In this document: piece by piece, positions 9,293 through 18,746 of the stretch
How positions within the stretch are numbered: the stretch's first letter is position 1
Layout: each line of letters starts with the position of its first letter
NCBI GenBank assembly: GCA_022572805.1
Contig: JACZVF010000002.1
Coordinates: 1-43,693 of the forward strand
Direction: 5' to 3'
DNA from: Chloroflexota bacterium
GTDB taxonomy: Bacteria; Chloroflexota; Dehalococcoidia; Lucifugimonadales; JADFKI01
Length of the DNA: 43,693 nucleotides
Notes under the pieces: generated by a model
Told to the model about the DNA's origin: nothing
Databases searched by the model: none
The model's input: only the letters and a program-made list of their open reading frames with translations
Translations under genes and position numbers: made by a program

Positions 9293-9416
9293 AGATTGCA
9301 TGGAAGCCATCTGAACCCGCCAAATCAATTGGCGGATTCATGGCCTTATTTGGCCGCGTTAGGCGACCCAGATTCGACGAAGCATCTCGGCCAGCCGAGA
9401 ACGCAAAGAGCAGCAG

Positions 9417-10169
9417 CTACTGGGCCGTGTAGCCACCATCGATGACAAGCTCACTGCCTGTCATGTAAGACGATTCGTCGGACGCGAGGAACAGGACTCC
9501 ATAGGCGATGTCTTCGGGTTGGCCGTACCGTCCCATGGGGGTGCTGTCGATACTATTCTGGTAATGTTCGGGGTCGGCCCTGCTGGCTTCGTTCATCGGT
9601 GTGGCGATGGGGCCTGGGTGCACGGAGTTGACTCGAATGCCGTCGTTCGCGTATTGAATGGCCGTGGCCTTGGTCAGAAGCCGCACCGCCCCCTTGGATG
9701 CGTTGTATCCTGGGTGAATTCTATGCTGCCCAATCATGCCTGAAATGGACGATATGTTTATGATAGAGCCGCCACCGGCCTTGCGCATCTCGGGAATCAC
9801 CGCCTTTATGCCGAGAAATACGCCCTTGGCATTCACGTCCATCAACCGGTCCCATTCCTCGACCGTCGCATCGTCGCCAGATTGGTTGTAGACGATTCCG
9901 GCGTTGTTCACGAGAATGTCGAGCTTTCCGAACCGCGACACCGCCATATCGACGGCGTTTTGCCAAGACAGCTCATCGGTAACGTCCAACGAAACGTAGA
10001 TCGCTTCTCCGCTCGACTCGCTGATCTCGGCCTCCACCTGCTTGCCAAGGTCGTCGCGCACGTCGCCGAACACGACCTTCGCCCCCTCCTTCGCGAACAT
10101 GCGGGCCTCGGTTGCGCCCATGCCGCGTGCGCCCCCACTTATGATCGCCACCTTGCCTTCAAGTCTCAT
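9417..10169 (-). CDS. Classical SDR oxidoreductase (FabG/glucose-1-dehydrogenase-like)
   Basis: GKVAIISGGARGMG, NNAG and the YxxxK motif (YNASKGA) are present. The start is set to ATG 10169, which follows AAGGAGG. Confidence 0.9.
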   Translation of the reverse strand: MRLEGKVAIISGGARGMGATEARMFAKEGAKVVFGDVRDDLGKQVEAEISESSGEAIYVSLDVTDELSWQNAVDMAVSRFGKLDILVNNAGIVYNQSGDDATVEEWDRLMDVNAKGVFLGIKAVIPEMRKAGGGSIINISSISGMIGQHRIHPGYNASKGAVRLLTKATAIQYANDGIRVNSVHPGPIATPMNEASRADPEHYQNSIDSTPMGRYGQPEDIAYGVLFLASDESSYMTGSELVIDGGYTAQ

Positions 10170-10426
10170 CGGTCCGCCTCCTTGGATGTTCTGGATCATA
10201 CATCTGCACGATTTACGGGATTGCGAAATTCCCCTGAAACGCCATCTCGGTCCTCAGGCGGGCACGACAGCATTGTCCACGACGCAAACGATTCCCCATT
10301 TCGACTTCCGACACGTTAGACGGCCAAGCATCTGGGCCTGAGTATATTTGTCCGCGACAAGCTCTCTATCGTTCCCTTGGACATCTCAATTTCGATCATA
10401 TACAGCCATAACTTTTCCGGGATTGA

Positions 10427-12073
10427 CTACGCTCTGTACTGGTCAATCCCTACGGTTGCGGGGCTGGGGCCGGTCGGCATTACCAGAGTCTTGGCCCTGT
10501 CCGCTCCAACCACCACGATGTAATATCGGTCCGCGCTTTCCAGAACAGGCACCGTCATGTCCAGGCGCTCCTGCTCCGTCAGGCTTTCCAGCCATTTCCA
10601 GTTAGCGGCCACCCGTTCCTCTCCTTCCAGCGGCATGTACTGAATCATCTTTCCCAGGCTGGCGTTGGCATGCATGTGAATGAACTCCATGGCGGCCCGC
10701 TTGGAAAAGCCTTGAGCCCCAACTGGGCGCGCCACATCCGGCGGCATGAATATAAGCCTCTCGGCGCCGTGGCGCTCTCCAAGACTGCGAGTCCCGAAGC
10801 TGAGGCCATATGCTATGGTCTTTAGCAGCCCTTCGGCAGTTGTGTTTCCCTGGTCCTGCACATCCAGTTCGCCATTCGTGATGAACACGCTCACCGCGCT
10901 TTCTTCAGCCTTGAATCCCGCGTTCACGTGGTACGGTTCCCAGGGGCTCATGTCCTCGTTCTCTGCTATGCAGTGGACGAACTTGCGAGTGGTGCCGATG
11001 GTGTCCATGTCCATCTGGTTGGGATACCAGTATCCAATATTTCTCAAGCATAGAGAGAATGCCCGGCCAATGGTGATATTTACCCGGTTGTCGCGCCCGG
11101 GTCCCAACGCCGACCTGGGATTTATGCCAAGCTCCTTGGCGATGGGACCGTTCACCACCAGAATTGGGGCATGGGGGCTGGTGGACATCAGGAGTGACTT
11201 GCCACCATGAGGACCCAACTGAGGCATGGCATTGACAGCCGCCATGATCACAGGCATGTGCTCAGGCTTGGCGCCCGCCATCGCAGCGTTTATGGCGATC
11301 TTCTCCACCGTTGCGAGGCCAAAGCCCGGAGGCATATCGCATACCAGGTGGTCGGCCGGCATATTCGTGCCCTTTACCAGCTCTTCGACTGCCCCCGGGG
11401 TCGGGGGGTGCAAGGGGAAGCCGTCTCCCCAGTCCTGCTGGATAAACTCTTCGTTCATGCGTAGAACGGCATCGTACAGGTCGTCCCCCTCGAAGCGATG
11501 CATGCCGGAGGTGACGACAGAGCTGTCCCGCTCGCCGGCATCGCCGCTGGAGGTGAGGATATTTACAATGTCGTCAAAGGCCAGCTCCGTCTGTCTGGCA
11601 CACTCATCAAGGGGCAGGTTTCGGTAAATTCTTGGAACGATCACGAACTGCAAGTCCGGCATGGCGAAGGCGCGAGAGCTTGCGATGGCATCGCCCTCGA
11701 ATCGACCTGAGACGATAGGCACTGCGGGCTTGCCCATCTTCTCGATCTCGATCATGTCGTGGACCATCCACGACGCGCACGTCCCTCAATCGGCTGTCGC
11801 GCCGATAACGACATCGCACTCCTCTCCAGCCTGCTTCACGATATGCGGAGGATTGGGGTAGCCGCCGCCCTTATAGAATTTCAGCTCGACGTTCTGGAAC
11901 CTCTCCTGGAGCATTCTCCCCGCCGTTTTGAGCGCGACGTCCCCACCATGCGTGCCGCTCCAAATCAGGCCGACCACCTTGTTATCCAGACTAGCCGGCC
12001 TGGGGTTTATGGTCATCGCCGTCGCTACGCCCCTTTGCGGGGCCACCGGATTCAATACCTCCAGCAGATGCAT
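10427..12073 (-). CDS. Predicted selenoprotein: UxxC (UGSC-like / GrdB-like) N-terminal domain fused to a ~450-aa uncharacterised domain; Sec at UGA 11788-11786
   Basis: Track ORFs 11786..12073 and 10427..11767 are in the same frame and are separated only by TGA. Read-through gives ..VVIGATAD-U-GTCASWMVHDMIEIEKMGKPAVPIV... A SECIS-like hairpin lies 11 nt downstream. GGGAGG sits 7 nt before ATG 12073. Confidence 0.7.
11756..11788 (-). promoter_or_regulatory. UGA plus SECIS-like stem-loop
   Basis: The mRNA reads UGA GGGACGUGCGC GUCGUGG-AUGGU-CCACGAC. The 7-bp perfect stem becomes 8 bp if the closing A-U pairs. The GG of the apical loop lies about 21 nt from the UGA. Confidence 0.6.
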
Positions 12074-12594
12074 GTACTTACCTCCCTGTTCGGATGGGTC
12101 GTTGCAATAATAGCTCTATCCTATTACAGACCCCCGGGTAAAGTCTCGCAGAGCCCTGCAAGGCCCGTGGATCCTACAGAAACGAATGAGGTCCGGACTC
12201 AGAAATTGAAGCGCAGAAAACTATACACCCAGCTGGACCTCCGTGTTGTAGGGCAGGTGCGGAAACGCACCAGCAGAAATCGGGAAAAATGGTCCAATAT
12301 AGCCAACTCCGATTCCCACCTTTGGCGCCAGCAACCACAGCATAATGGGCCGGGATGTGTGAAGCCGATTAGGCCCTGTTTTCCGCTTTTCTCGCCGGAT
12401 GCCCAGGCAAGAGTCACTTGATTACGGTGCGGGCGCCGAATGCTCGTTGGCAGAATCCGCGTTCTGAGGCAGTCGACGGAAACGGTTGGGCCAGTTGTTG
12501 AAGTAATCGTGACCCGCAGCATGCGTGCCGGCGTGAAGGCGAGAGCGGCCGTTTTTGTTGGCTGGCGGGCATGGTGATTTGGTAGACTACAAAG

Positions 12595-13248
12595 GTGAAT
12601 CCCGCCGTTAGCTCGACTACCCGCCCCATGATGAGAGGCTACATTCACCTTGTGGCCGCCGCCGTCACCCCGTTGGCCCTGGCGTTTCTGATTCTCCTGG
12701 CCGACTCCACGCGTGATTACGTGGGGGCCGCGGTATTCGGGGCCTCTCTGATTCTGCTGTACACAACCAGCGGAATTTACCATGTGATGCCGTTGCGCGC
12801 TCGCGTTCGCGGCGTGATGCGACGGTTGGACCACTCAATGATATATGTGCTCATCGCGGGCACCTACACACCGTTCGCCCTCAATCTTCTGGGTAACGGA
12901 AGGGGCATACCGATTCTGAGTGTGGTTTGGGGTCTGGCAATTGCCGGCATAGTGTTGAAAGCTACCGCCCCGAACGCCCCACGTTGGCTGGGGGTCGTAA
13001 GCTACCTGGCAATCGGATGGGTTGGCCTTATACCCGCCATGCAGCTTGCCGCTGCCCTACCTACCGTCGCACTTGTTCTTTTGGTCACAGGTGGGCTGCT
13101 TTACTCCGCGGCGGGCCTGATATACTTGTTCCGCTGGCCTAACCCGTTTCCAAGGGTATTTGGTTTTCATGAGGTTTTTCATTCGATGGTGGTAGTCGCC
13201 AGCGGAACGTTTTATTTTGTTGTTGCCGCATACGTATTGCCGTATTAG
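12595..13248 (+). CDS. Hemolysin-III / PAQR-family membrane protein
   Basis: Seven predicted TM segments. The motifs LYTTSGIYH, RRLDHSMIY and HEVFHSMVV are typical of the Hly-III (YplQ) family. Confidence 0.85.
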   Translation: MNPAVSSTTRPMMRGYIHLVAAAVTPLALAFLILLADSTRDYVGAAVFGASLILLYTTSGIYHVMPLRARVRGVMRRLDHSMIYVLIAGTYTPFALNLLGNGRGIPILSVVWGLAIAGIVLKATAPNAPRWLGVVSYLAIGWVGLIPAMQLAAALPTVALVLLVTGGLLYSAAGLIYLFRWPNPFPRVFGFHEVFHSMVVVASGTFYFVVAAYVLPY

Positions 13249-13387
13249 TGCCTAGGAATAATCTAGGCGTGGATACTGGCGAAGTGTTAGCTTATATGAA
13301 AAGCGGTAAATTGGTCTCGGGAGGACTGTCATAGACGATGATTCTACTGCAAACGTACAACTGGAGAACTCGGAGTATAGTACTGCG

Positions 13388-14443
13388 GTGCCGGTAGCAG
13401 AGGTGAGGGGTGAACCAGAACGGCCGCAGGTTAAATCAATACGACAACAGGTAAATGAGTACGCGGAAGTTAGGCAGCTAATCAAACAGGCTGGGCTGAT
13501 GAACAGGCAGCCGGCATTCTACACCTTCAAGATAGGCTCCTCGTTGGCCCTTTTGGCCCTCAGCATTTCCATCCTGGTGCTTGTAGATAACATGTGGGTT
13601 CAGTACGCCAATGCCGGCCTGCTCGCCCTGGCGTTCGCCCAGCTGGGATTCATAGGCCATGACTCGGGCCATCGGCAGGTCTTTCATTCCGCCCGGAACA
13701 ACGAAATTCTCAGCCTCTTCATTAGCTTCTTGCTGGCGCTGGAGCGTTCGTGGTGGCTTGATAAGCATAATCGGCACCACAACAATCCCAACCATGTGCT
13801 TCTGGACCCTGACGCAGATTTCCCTGTGCTTGCCTTCACTAAGGAGCAGGCGCTGAAAAAAAGGGGCGTTTTCAGGTTTATCGTCAAGAACCAGGCCTTC
13901 TTCTTTATACCTATGCTGCTCCTGGAAGGGTTGGGACTTAGGCTGGCCGGCATTCAGTTTCTGATGACGAGGAGGGTCAAGTACCAGGTTGTCGAACCCC
14001 TGCTTATGGTAGCCCATTTCGCTAGCTACTTCGCCCTGCTATTCTATTTTTTGGATGGTTGGCAAGTGCTGTACTTTTTCATTATCAATCAGGCCATTTT
14101 CGGACTGATAATGGGCTCTGTCTTCGCTCCGAATCACAAGGGCATGCTGATGTTGGGCGATGACGACGATCTGGATTTCTTCCGTCGGCAGGTGCTGACG
14201 GCACGAAACGTGAAGAGCAACGTCCTGACCGATTTCTGGTATGGCGGGCTGAATCTTCAGATTGAGCACCATCTTTTTCCAAGCATGCCGCGCAACAATT
14301 TGAGAGAGGCTCATTACATAGTTAAGGCTGTTTGCGAGAAGTATTCCATTCCCTACCACGAGACCAACGTGTTCGAGTCGCAAAAGGAGATCCTGCAATT
14401 TTTGCACCGGGAGAGCGCTCCTCTACGGGCAGGCACTCTTTGA
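13388..14443 (+). CDS. Membrane fatty acid desaturase (three His boxes)
   Basis: The His boxes HDSGHRQ, HNRHHNNPNH and QIEHHLFP are all present. There are N-terminal TM pairs. The gene is visibly more AT-rich than its neighbours. Confidence 0.88.
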   Translation: MPVAEVRGEPERPQVKSIRQQVNEYAEVRQLIKQAGLMNRQPAFYTFKIGSSLALLALSISILVLVDNMWVQYANAGLLALAFAQLGFIGHDSGHRQVFHSARNNEILSLFISFLLALERSWWLDKHNRHHNNPNHVLLDPDADFPVLAFTKEQALKKRGVFRFIVKNQAFFFIPMLLLEGLGLRLAGIQFLMTRRVKYQVVEPLLMVAHFASYFALLFYFLDGWQVLYFFIINQAIFGLIMGSVFAPNHKGMLMLGDDDDLDFFRRQVLTARNVKSNVLTDFWYGGLNLQIEHHLFPSMPRNNLREAHYIVKAVCEKYSIPYHETNVFESQKEILQFLHRESAPLRAGTL

Positions 14444-14547
14444 CCAACGGCTTGTGCTGCCCGGAATGGGCCGGGTCGTCGCGGAAATCGAGCCTTTTAC
14501 CAAGGCGGCCCATTGGGCTGGCCGTCCCCTTGTAAATTGCCCGGGGC

Positions 14548-15507
14548 CTACGCGATATGCGCCACCATTTTGCGGAGCGACCAGACCCCGAATCCAGCCA
14601 GCCAACCTGTGCCAAATCCGAGGGCGACCGCTGCGGGAACGATTAGGAATCCCATGTAAACGCCTCCCAATATGCCGAAGGTGACGCCAAGACTCGGCCA
14701 CCTGCCGAGCGCTTCGACGCCCTGGAACGCCACCCAGGCGGTCGCCGTCAAAGCCATCATACCGCCGGATGCAGCGCCTATTAGCCTGCCCACGTGCGTG
14801 TACAGAACTCTGTCAGGCTTCTGGTCCATGTACCCGAAAAATGGCGAGCCGTCATTCTTCGGGAGACGCGAAACGCGTGAGACCTCATTCTCCAGGCGCT
14901 CCTTCCCGCCGATGTTATCGCCCCGGCCGGCGTAAGCAGCGCCGGCCGGCCGCTGAGCCATATCCCGAGTCTGCACAGAGACCGATGCCGTCGTGGAAGC
15001 CTCGTCCAGGCTGACGGTCAGGCTTTCGCGGAACGTGCATGACCACTGGTCCACGCGCATGTCTACATCAACCCGGAGCGGCAACTGCTTATCCGCCGTC
15101 AGCGGGCGCAGGGACGTCACCTTGATCCATGCGGCGCTTGGCGTGATCTTGAGTTTGGCGTAGCGTCCGCCCTGGTTGCGTACAACGAGGTACCCAGCGT
15201 AAGTCACGCCTGGTGTTGCTTTGCTAATGTTCAGGCCAACGCTTTCGACCACAGGCGCCGGGGCCATGTATGCGCCACCTAGCGACTTTTGATACGCGCG
15301 TCGCTTTTCGGCGTCGCGAAGGACCTCGTACGCCAGGTTTATCGCCTTCATCTTCTCGCCCGACGCCGTGGCGTCATCGGCAGCGGCACCGCGCAAGGCG
15401 TCGGGGTGGTACCGGCGAGCCTTTTCGAGGTAGGCCTTACGGATCTCTTCAGGGTTGGCCGCCGGGCCGACTTCCAGGATATCGAAGTAGTTTGGCTTCC
15501 TCGTCAT
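14548..15507 (-). CDS. J-domain (DnaJ-like) protein with C-terminal transmembrane region
   Basis: The N-terminal J domain reads NYFDILEV...IRKAYLEKARRYHPD...INLAYEVLRDAEKRRAY. A beta-rich middle domain follows. The hydrophobic C-terminus has about 3 TM segments. Confidence 0.8.
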   Translation of the reverse strand: MTRKPNYFDILEVGPAANPEEIRKAYLEKARRYHPDALRGAAADDATASGEKMKAINLAYEVLRDAEKRRAYQKSLGGAYMAPAPVVESVGLNISKATPGVTYAGYLVVRNQGGRYAKLKITPSAAWIKVTSLRPLTADKQLPLRVDVDMRVDQWSCTFRESLTVSLDEASTTASVSVQTRDMAQRPAGAAYAGRGDNIGGKERLENEVSRVSRLPKNDGSPFFGYMDQKPDRVLYTHVGRLIGAASGGMMALTATAWVAFQGVEALGRWPSLGVTFGILGGVYMGFLIVPAAVALGFGTGWLAGFGVWSLRKMVAHIA

Positions 15508-15821
15508 CTCTCGGCTTTGTTGAAATGTCAGGCGTGCGGCTAACGGCCACCACAGCCGCTAGCTACACCAAATCGGCCACCAGATAACTACGGACCGGCC
15601 CAACGCCCGGCACAGGAGGGCGCGGTAGTGCTGGAGATGAATGACCAGCGTAGGAGGAGGCGGACAGAGTAGCATGCTCCTGATACAGAACCAGGTGCGT
15701 GTATAAGCGGAAGACAAGGCGAAACAGGCGTCGGCGGGTCATAGCCTGCCACTGGCAATGCCTATGAACACGCCTTGCCTGGAACCCAAGACCACGCGAT
15801 TCCGGCGGTTCCGTGACCGCC

Positions 15822-16175
15822 TCAGGACACCTTGGAAAGTATGAATCCGCGTTCCCCGGTGACCCTCATTGCATTGGGTCTGGGGATTATCACTCCCGCC
15901 AGCGAGTCATCCAGGATGCTGGCGTTAAACTTCCACGTAAGCTGCACGGGGTCCATCGGCAGACCGGTGGTGGAAAACACGGCCTCGTTGTATTTTAGCC
16001 GTCGCGCCAACTTTACGTTCGAGCCGTCCCAGTTGTTTTTGCCTTCGACGGGTTGTTCGAATCGCACCTGTACCGTGTTGTCGGCGATATTCATGGAAAT
16101 GGAGACAGCGCGGGCCTCCTGCTCACCCGGCAGCACCAGGGTCCCTCGGTACTCCAGTTCACTGTTGTCTGTCAT
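15822..16175 (-). CDS. Hypothetical protein (117 aa)
   Basis: The ORF has protein-like composition and AGGAAA lies upstream of the ATG. I recognise no family. Confidence 0.5.
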   Translation of the reverse strand: MTDNSELEYRGTLVLPGEQEARAVSISMNIADNTVQVRFEQPVEGKNNWDGSNVKLARRLKYNEAVFSTTGLPMDPVQLTWKFNASILDDSLAGVIIPRPNAMRVTGERGFILSKVS

Positions 16176-16431
16176 ATTCGTTTCCTATGTCTGGGATGTT
16201 GCCTGCGTATTGCATAGGATATCGCACGGGCCCAGTTATCACAATTCTGCCGCGAAGGCGATGCGTGTCGATTGGCCATCCAGGTGTCACGGCCACAGCG
16301 AAAGCCCGGTAGGAATGGAGGCGAATAATGATGAAATGGTATTCTGGGGCTGGTTCCCGGTTTTGCGTGCGCCGGACAGGGGAGCAAACCCAGCGCTGGA
16401 GATGTATCCGAAGCGATTGCGACGAGGAAGT

Positions 16432-16659
16432 CTAAGCTACTGTAAACAGCTCTCTGTAGAGAATGGTGACCATCTCTTTCTCCGTCAAATCGAACGAGTA
16501 CCCGATATTCAGAAATTCGTGGATGCGGTCAGCCCTGTCTTGCTCCTCGTCTGGCGTAAGCGGACTTCCGGAAACTATAACTCTCTTGGCGTACTCTTTC
16601 AGTATGGCAAGATGGTGGAAAAACTGCTCAATCCGATCTGTGGAGGTGGAAGACGACAA
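16432..16659 (-). CDS. Hypothetical protein (75 aa)
   Basis: A TTG start follows AGGAG with an 8-nt spacer. The protein is acidic and helical-looking. I recognise no family. Confidence 0.45.
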   Translation of the reverse strand: MSSSTSTDRIEQFFHHLAILKEYAKRVIVSGSPLTPDEEQDRADRIHEFLNIGYSFDLTEKEMVTILYRELFTVA

Positions 16660-17122
16660 TTCTCTGACTCCTAATCAAACGGCTCCGTGCCCTGTCTGAC
16701 TGAATGTGGCTAGGTTGGGGACACAGGTGGACTGGCCGGCGCCGGCACGACATCGAAGCTGTCCCGCAGTCCAAATTAGCAGCTTGAAGGGAATGGCCTG
16801 GGGTAATTTCCGTGCATGGCGGGGGACATCGCAGTGAAATCTTGTGACACCGCCGTGAAACCTGCGTTCCTTTCGTTTTGGTTTTACGCGCCATCACCAG
16901 GTGAATCGGAACCGAATACCTTACGGAGGTTGGGAATTAGTTCGGGATTCGACCATTGAGACGAAGAAAATGTTTGAAGTCTGGAGAAAATTATGTCATA
17001 ATGAATTGATTTTAAAATTGACAGTGTACACGCATAAAAGGGCATGTTATTACTAAATTCGTAAGTAACGATATGTTTTTATGTAAAATACCATTTTAAA
17101 GTAGGGAAGGTTTAAAGGTTAA

Positions 17123-17563
17123 ATGGACAAACTAGACCTAAAGATCATATCGTTGCTACAGGAAGATGGGACCGCCACAAATGCCGGCATCGCCCGGAAG
17201 GTGAGTGTGAGTGAGGAGACAGTCCGGCGACGGCTTAAGCGGCTGGTGCAAGAGGAATACATCAAGGTGGTGGCCTTGCCGGACCCCGCGAAGTTGGGGT
17301 ACAAATCAGAGGTGCTCATCGGCGTGCAGGTAGACGCCGATAAGGTCGATGCCGTGGCAGAGGCCCTAGCGGACATGGACGAGATCAACTGGGTCTCGGT
17401 CACCACCGGCTCGTTTGATATTTTCGCGTGGGCCACGCTCAAATCGTCTGAGGAGTTGAGCCATTTCCTGCGGACCAAGGTGGCCATGACGCATGGAGTG
17501 CGCCGCATGGAGACATTCATTAACCTGGCTATCAAGAAGAGGCGGTATGGCGTAGCCATATAG
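17123..17563 (+). CDS. Lrp/AsnC-family transcriptional regulator
   Basis: LDLKIISLLQEDGTATNAGIARKVSVSEETVRRRLKRL forms the HTH and is followed by an AsnC/RAM domain. An AT-rich upstream region precedes the gene. Confidence 0.9.
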   Translation: MDKLDLKIISLLQEDGTATNAGIARKVSVSEETVRRRLKRLVQEEYIKVVALPDPAKLGYKSEVLIGVQVDADKVDAVAEALADMDEINWVSVTTGSFDIFAWATLKSSEELSHFLRTKVAMTHGVRRMETFINLAIKKRRYGVAI

Positions 17564-17742
17564 GCCAGTCACGCAACCCGGTGCAGAATTAGCGCGGTTT
17601 CCATCTGCTTAACGCGGTGTGGGGCCGCGTTTGGCTGTGCATGAACACTTGGATCGCCCCTTGCGGAGGCGCGCGCCTCATTGACAGATGTCTGATATTT
17701 TCATTACCATAATAGTGATTAGCTTCACAAGGAGATGGGACT

Positions 17743-18555
17743 TTGACTTTAGAAACAGGCGAGATCAGGACCCTTCTTGAAGCAGTGGCTATTTACGTAG
17801 ATAGCTTGAAATCGAAAGATAACGATGAGAGCATTCATCGTGAGCTGTTCAAGTTTGTGCAGTGGTGTGGTGGCGACAGGTCCGTTTCGGAGATCAACCC
17901 GTCGGAAATCGGAGATTATGCTGATCAGGTGGGTGGCACGGGCACCACGCCTCTGGCTACCGAGCGGTTGCAGGTTATCAGAGGATTCCTCTCCTACGCC
18001 CGCAAACAAGGCCTCATAAATGTCAATCTCGCCCAGCACGTCAGAATACGCAAGGCAAAAAACAGGGTTCGTGGCGCCTCCAAGACAGAAGATGCTTTCG
18101 CTTTGACGGCGGAAGGCCATTCGCAATTACAGACGCAGTTGAAATCCTTGAAATCTGAGCGGCAGCCATTGGCGCTTCAGATCCAGAAGGCTGCGGCGGA
18201 TAAGGATGTTAGAGAGAACGCTCCGCTGGAGGCAGCCAGAGAGCAACTTGGGCTGGTGGAGTCCAGGATCCGGGAGATAGAGGACACCCTCAAGAAGGCT
18301 GTTGTAGTCGATAGCTCCAAGCGAAAAAGGTCCAAGACCGTCGACATAGGGACGAAGGTATCCGTTAAGGAAATCGAGACAGGCCGTCAAAGCAGCTATA
18401 CGTTGGTGGGACGAACGGAAGCTAATCCCATGGAGGCCCGAATCTCAGACGTGTCGCCTCTTGGCAAGGCCTTGGTTGGCAAGTCCGTCGGTGACGAGGT
18501 AGATGTTATTACGCCCAAAGGATTAGTTCGTTACAGCGTGGTAAGAGTTTCTTAG
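17743..18555 (+). CDS. GreA-like transcript-cleavage factor with an N-terminal ~110-aa extra domain
   Basis: The C-terminal half matches GreA: a coiled coil with the acidic tip KDVRENAPLEAAREQ..ESRIREIEDTL, then an FKBP-like domain (ISDVSPLGKALVGKSVGDEV). The N-terminus resembles a phage-integrase SAM-like / core-binding fold (..IRGFLSYARKQGLINVNLAQHV). A TTG start lies 8 nt after AAGGAG. Confidence 0.75.
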   Translation: MTLETGEIRTLLEAVAIYVDSLKSKDNDESIHRELFKFVQWCGGDRSVSEINPSEIGDYADQVGGTGTTPLATERLQVIRGFLSYARKQGLINVNLAQHVRIRKAKNRVRGASKTEDAFALTAEGHSQLQTQLKSLKSERQPLALQIQKAAADKDVRENAPLEAAREQLGLVESRIREIEDTLKKAVVVDSSKRKRSKTVDIGTKVSVKEIETGRQSSYTLVGRTEANPMEARISDVSPLGKALVGKSVGDEVDVITPKGLVRYSVVRVS

Positions 18556-18585
18556 GCGTCCAGTCGCCGTTTGTTCAACGGACTT

Positions 18586-18612
18586 GGGCCCGCGAAAGCG
18601 GGCCTTCTCTTT
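18586..18612 (+). terminator. Intrinsic terminator
   Basis: GGCCCGC-GAAA-GCGGGCC is followed by TTCTCTTT. Confidence 0.65.
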
Positions 18613-18746
18613 GGCCCGGTATCGCACGTTTGGCTGCCCCCTGTTTGGCTGCCAAAGGTGATTACATTAATCTGGTATCTTCAAAGGATTCTTAATAGAC
18701 TAATCGGCAATCACCTTGAACAATCGGATTTGTTGAGGAGAGGCAG

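Noticed and set aside
12199-12834. 211-aa minus ORF and the long 520-nt gap 12074-12594
   Set aside because: The ORF is antisense to the hemolysin-III start and has noise composition. Within the gap, a 40-codon minus ORF (12221-12343, MLWLLAPKVGIGVGYIGPFFPISAGAFPHLPYNTEVQLGV) looks vaguely like a beta-barrel C-terminus. It is too short and unsupported to call. I looked for tRNA-Sec there and found no cloverleaf with a UCA anticodon.
15832-16674. 280-aa plus-strand ORF
   Set aside because: It spans the antisense strand of two RBS-supported small genes plus the gap between them. Its Ser/Arg/Cys-rich composition is not protein-like.
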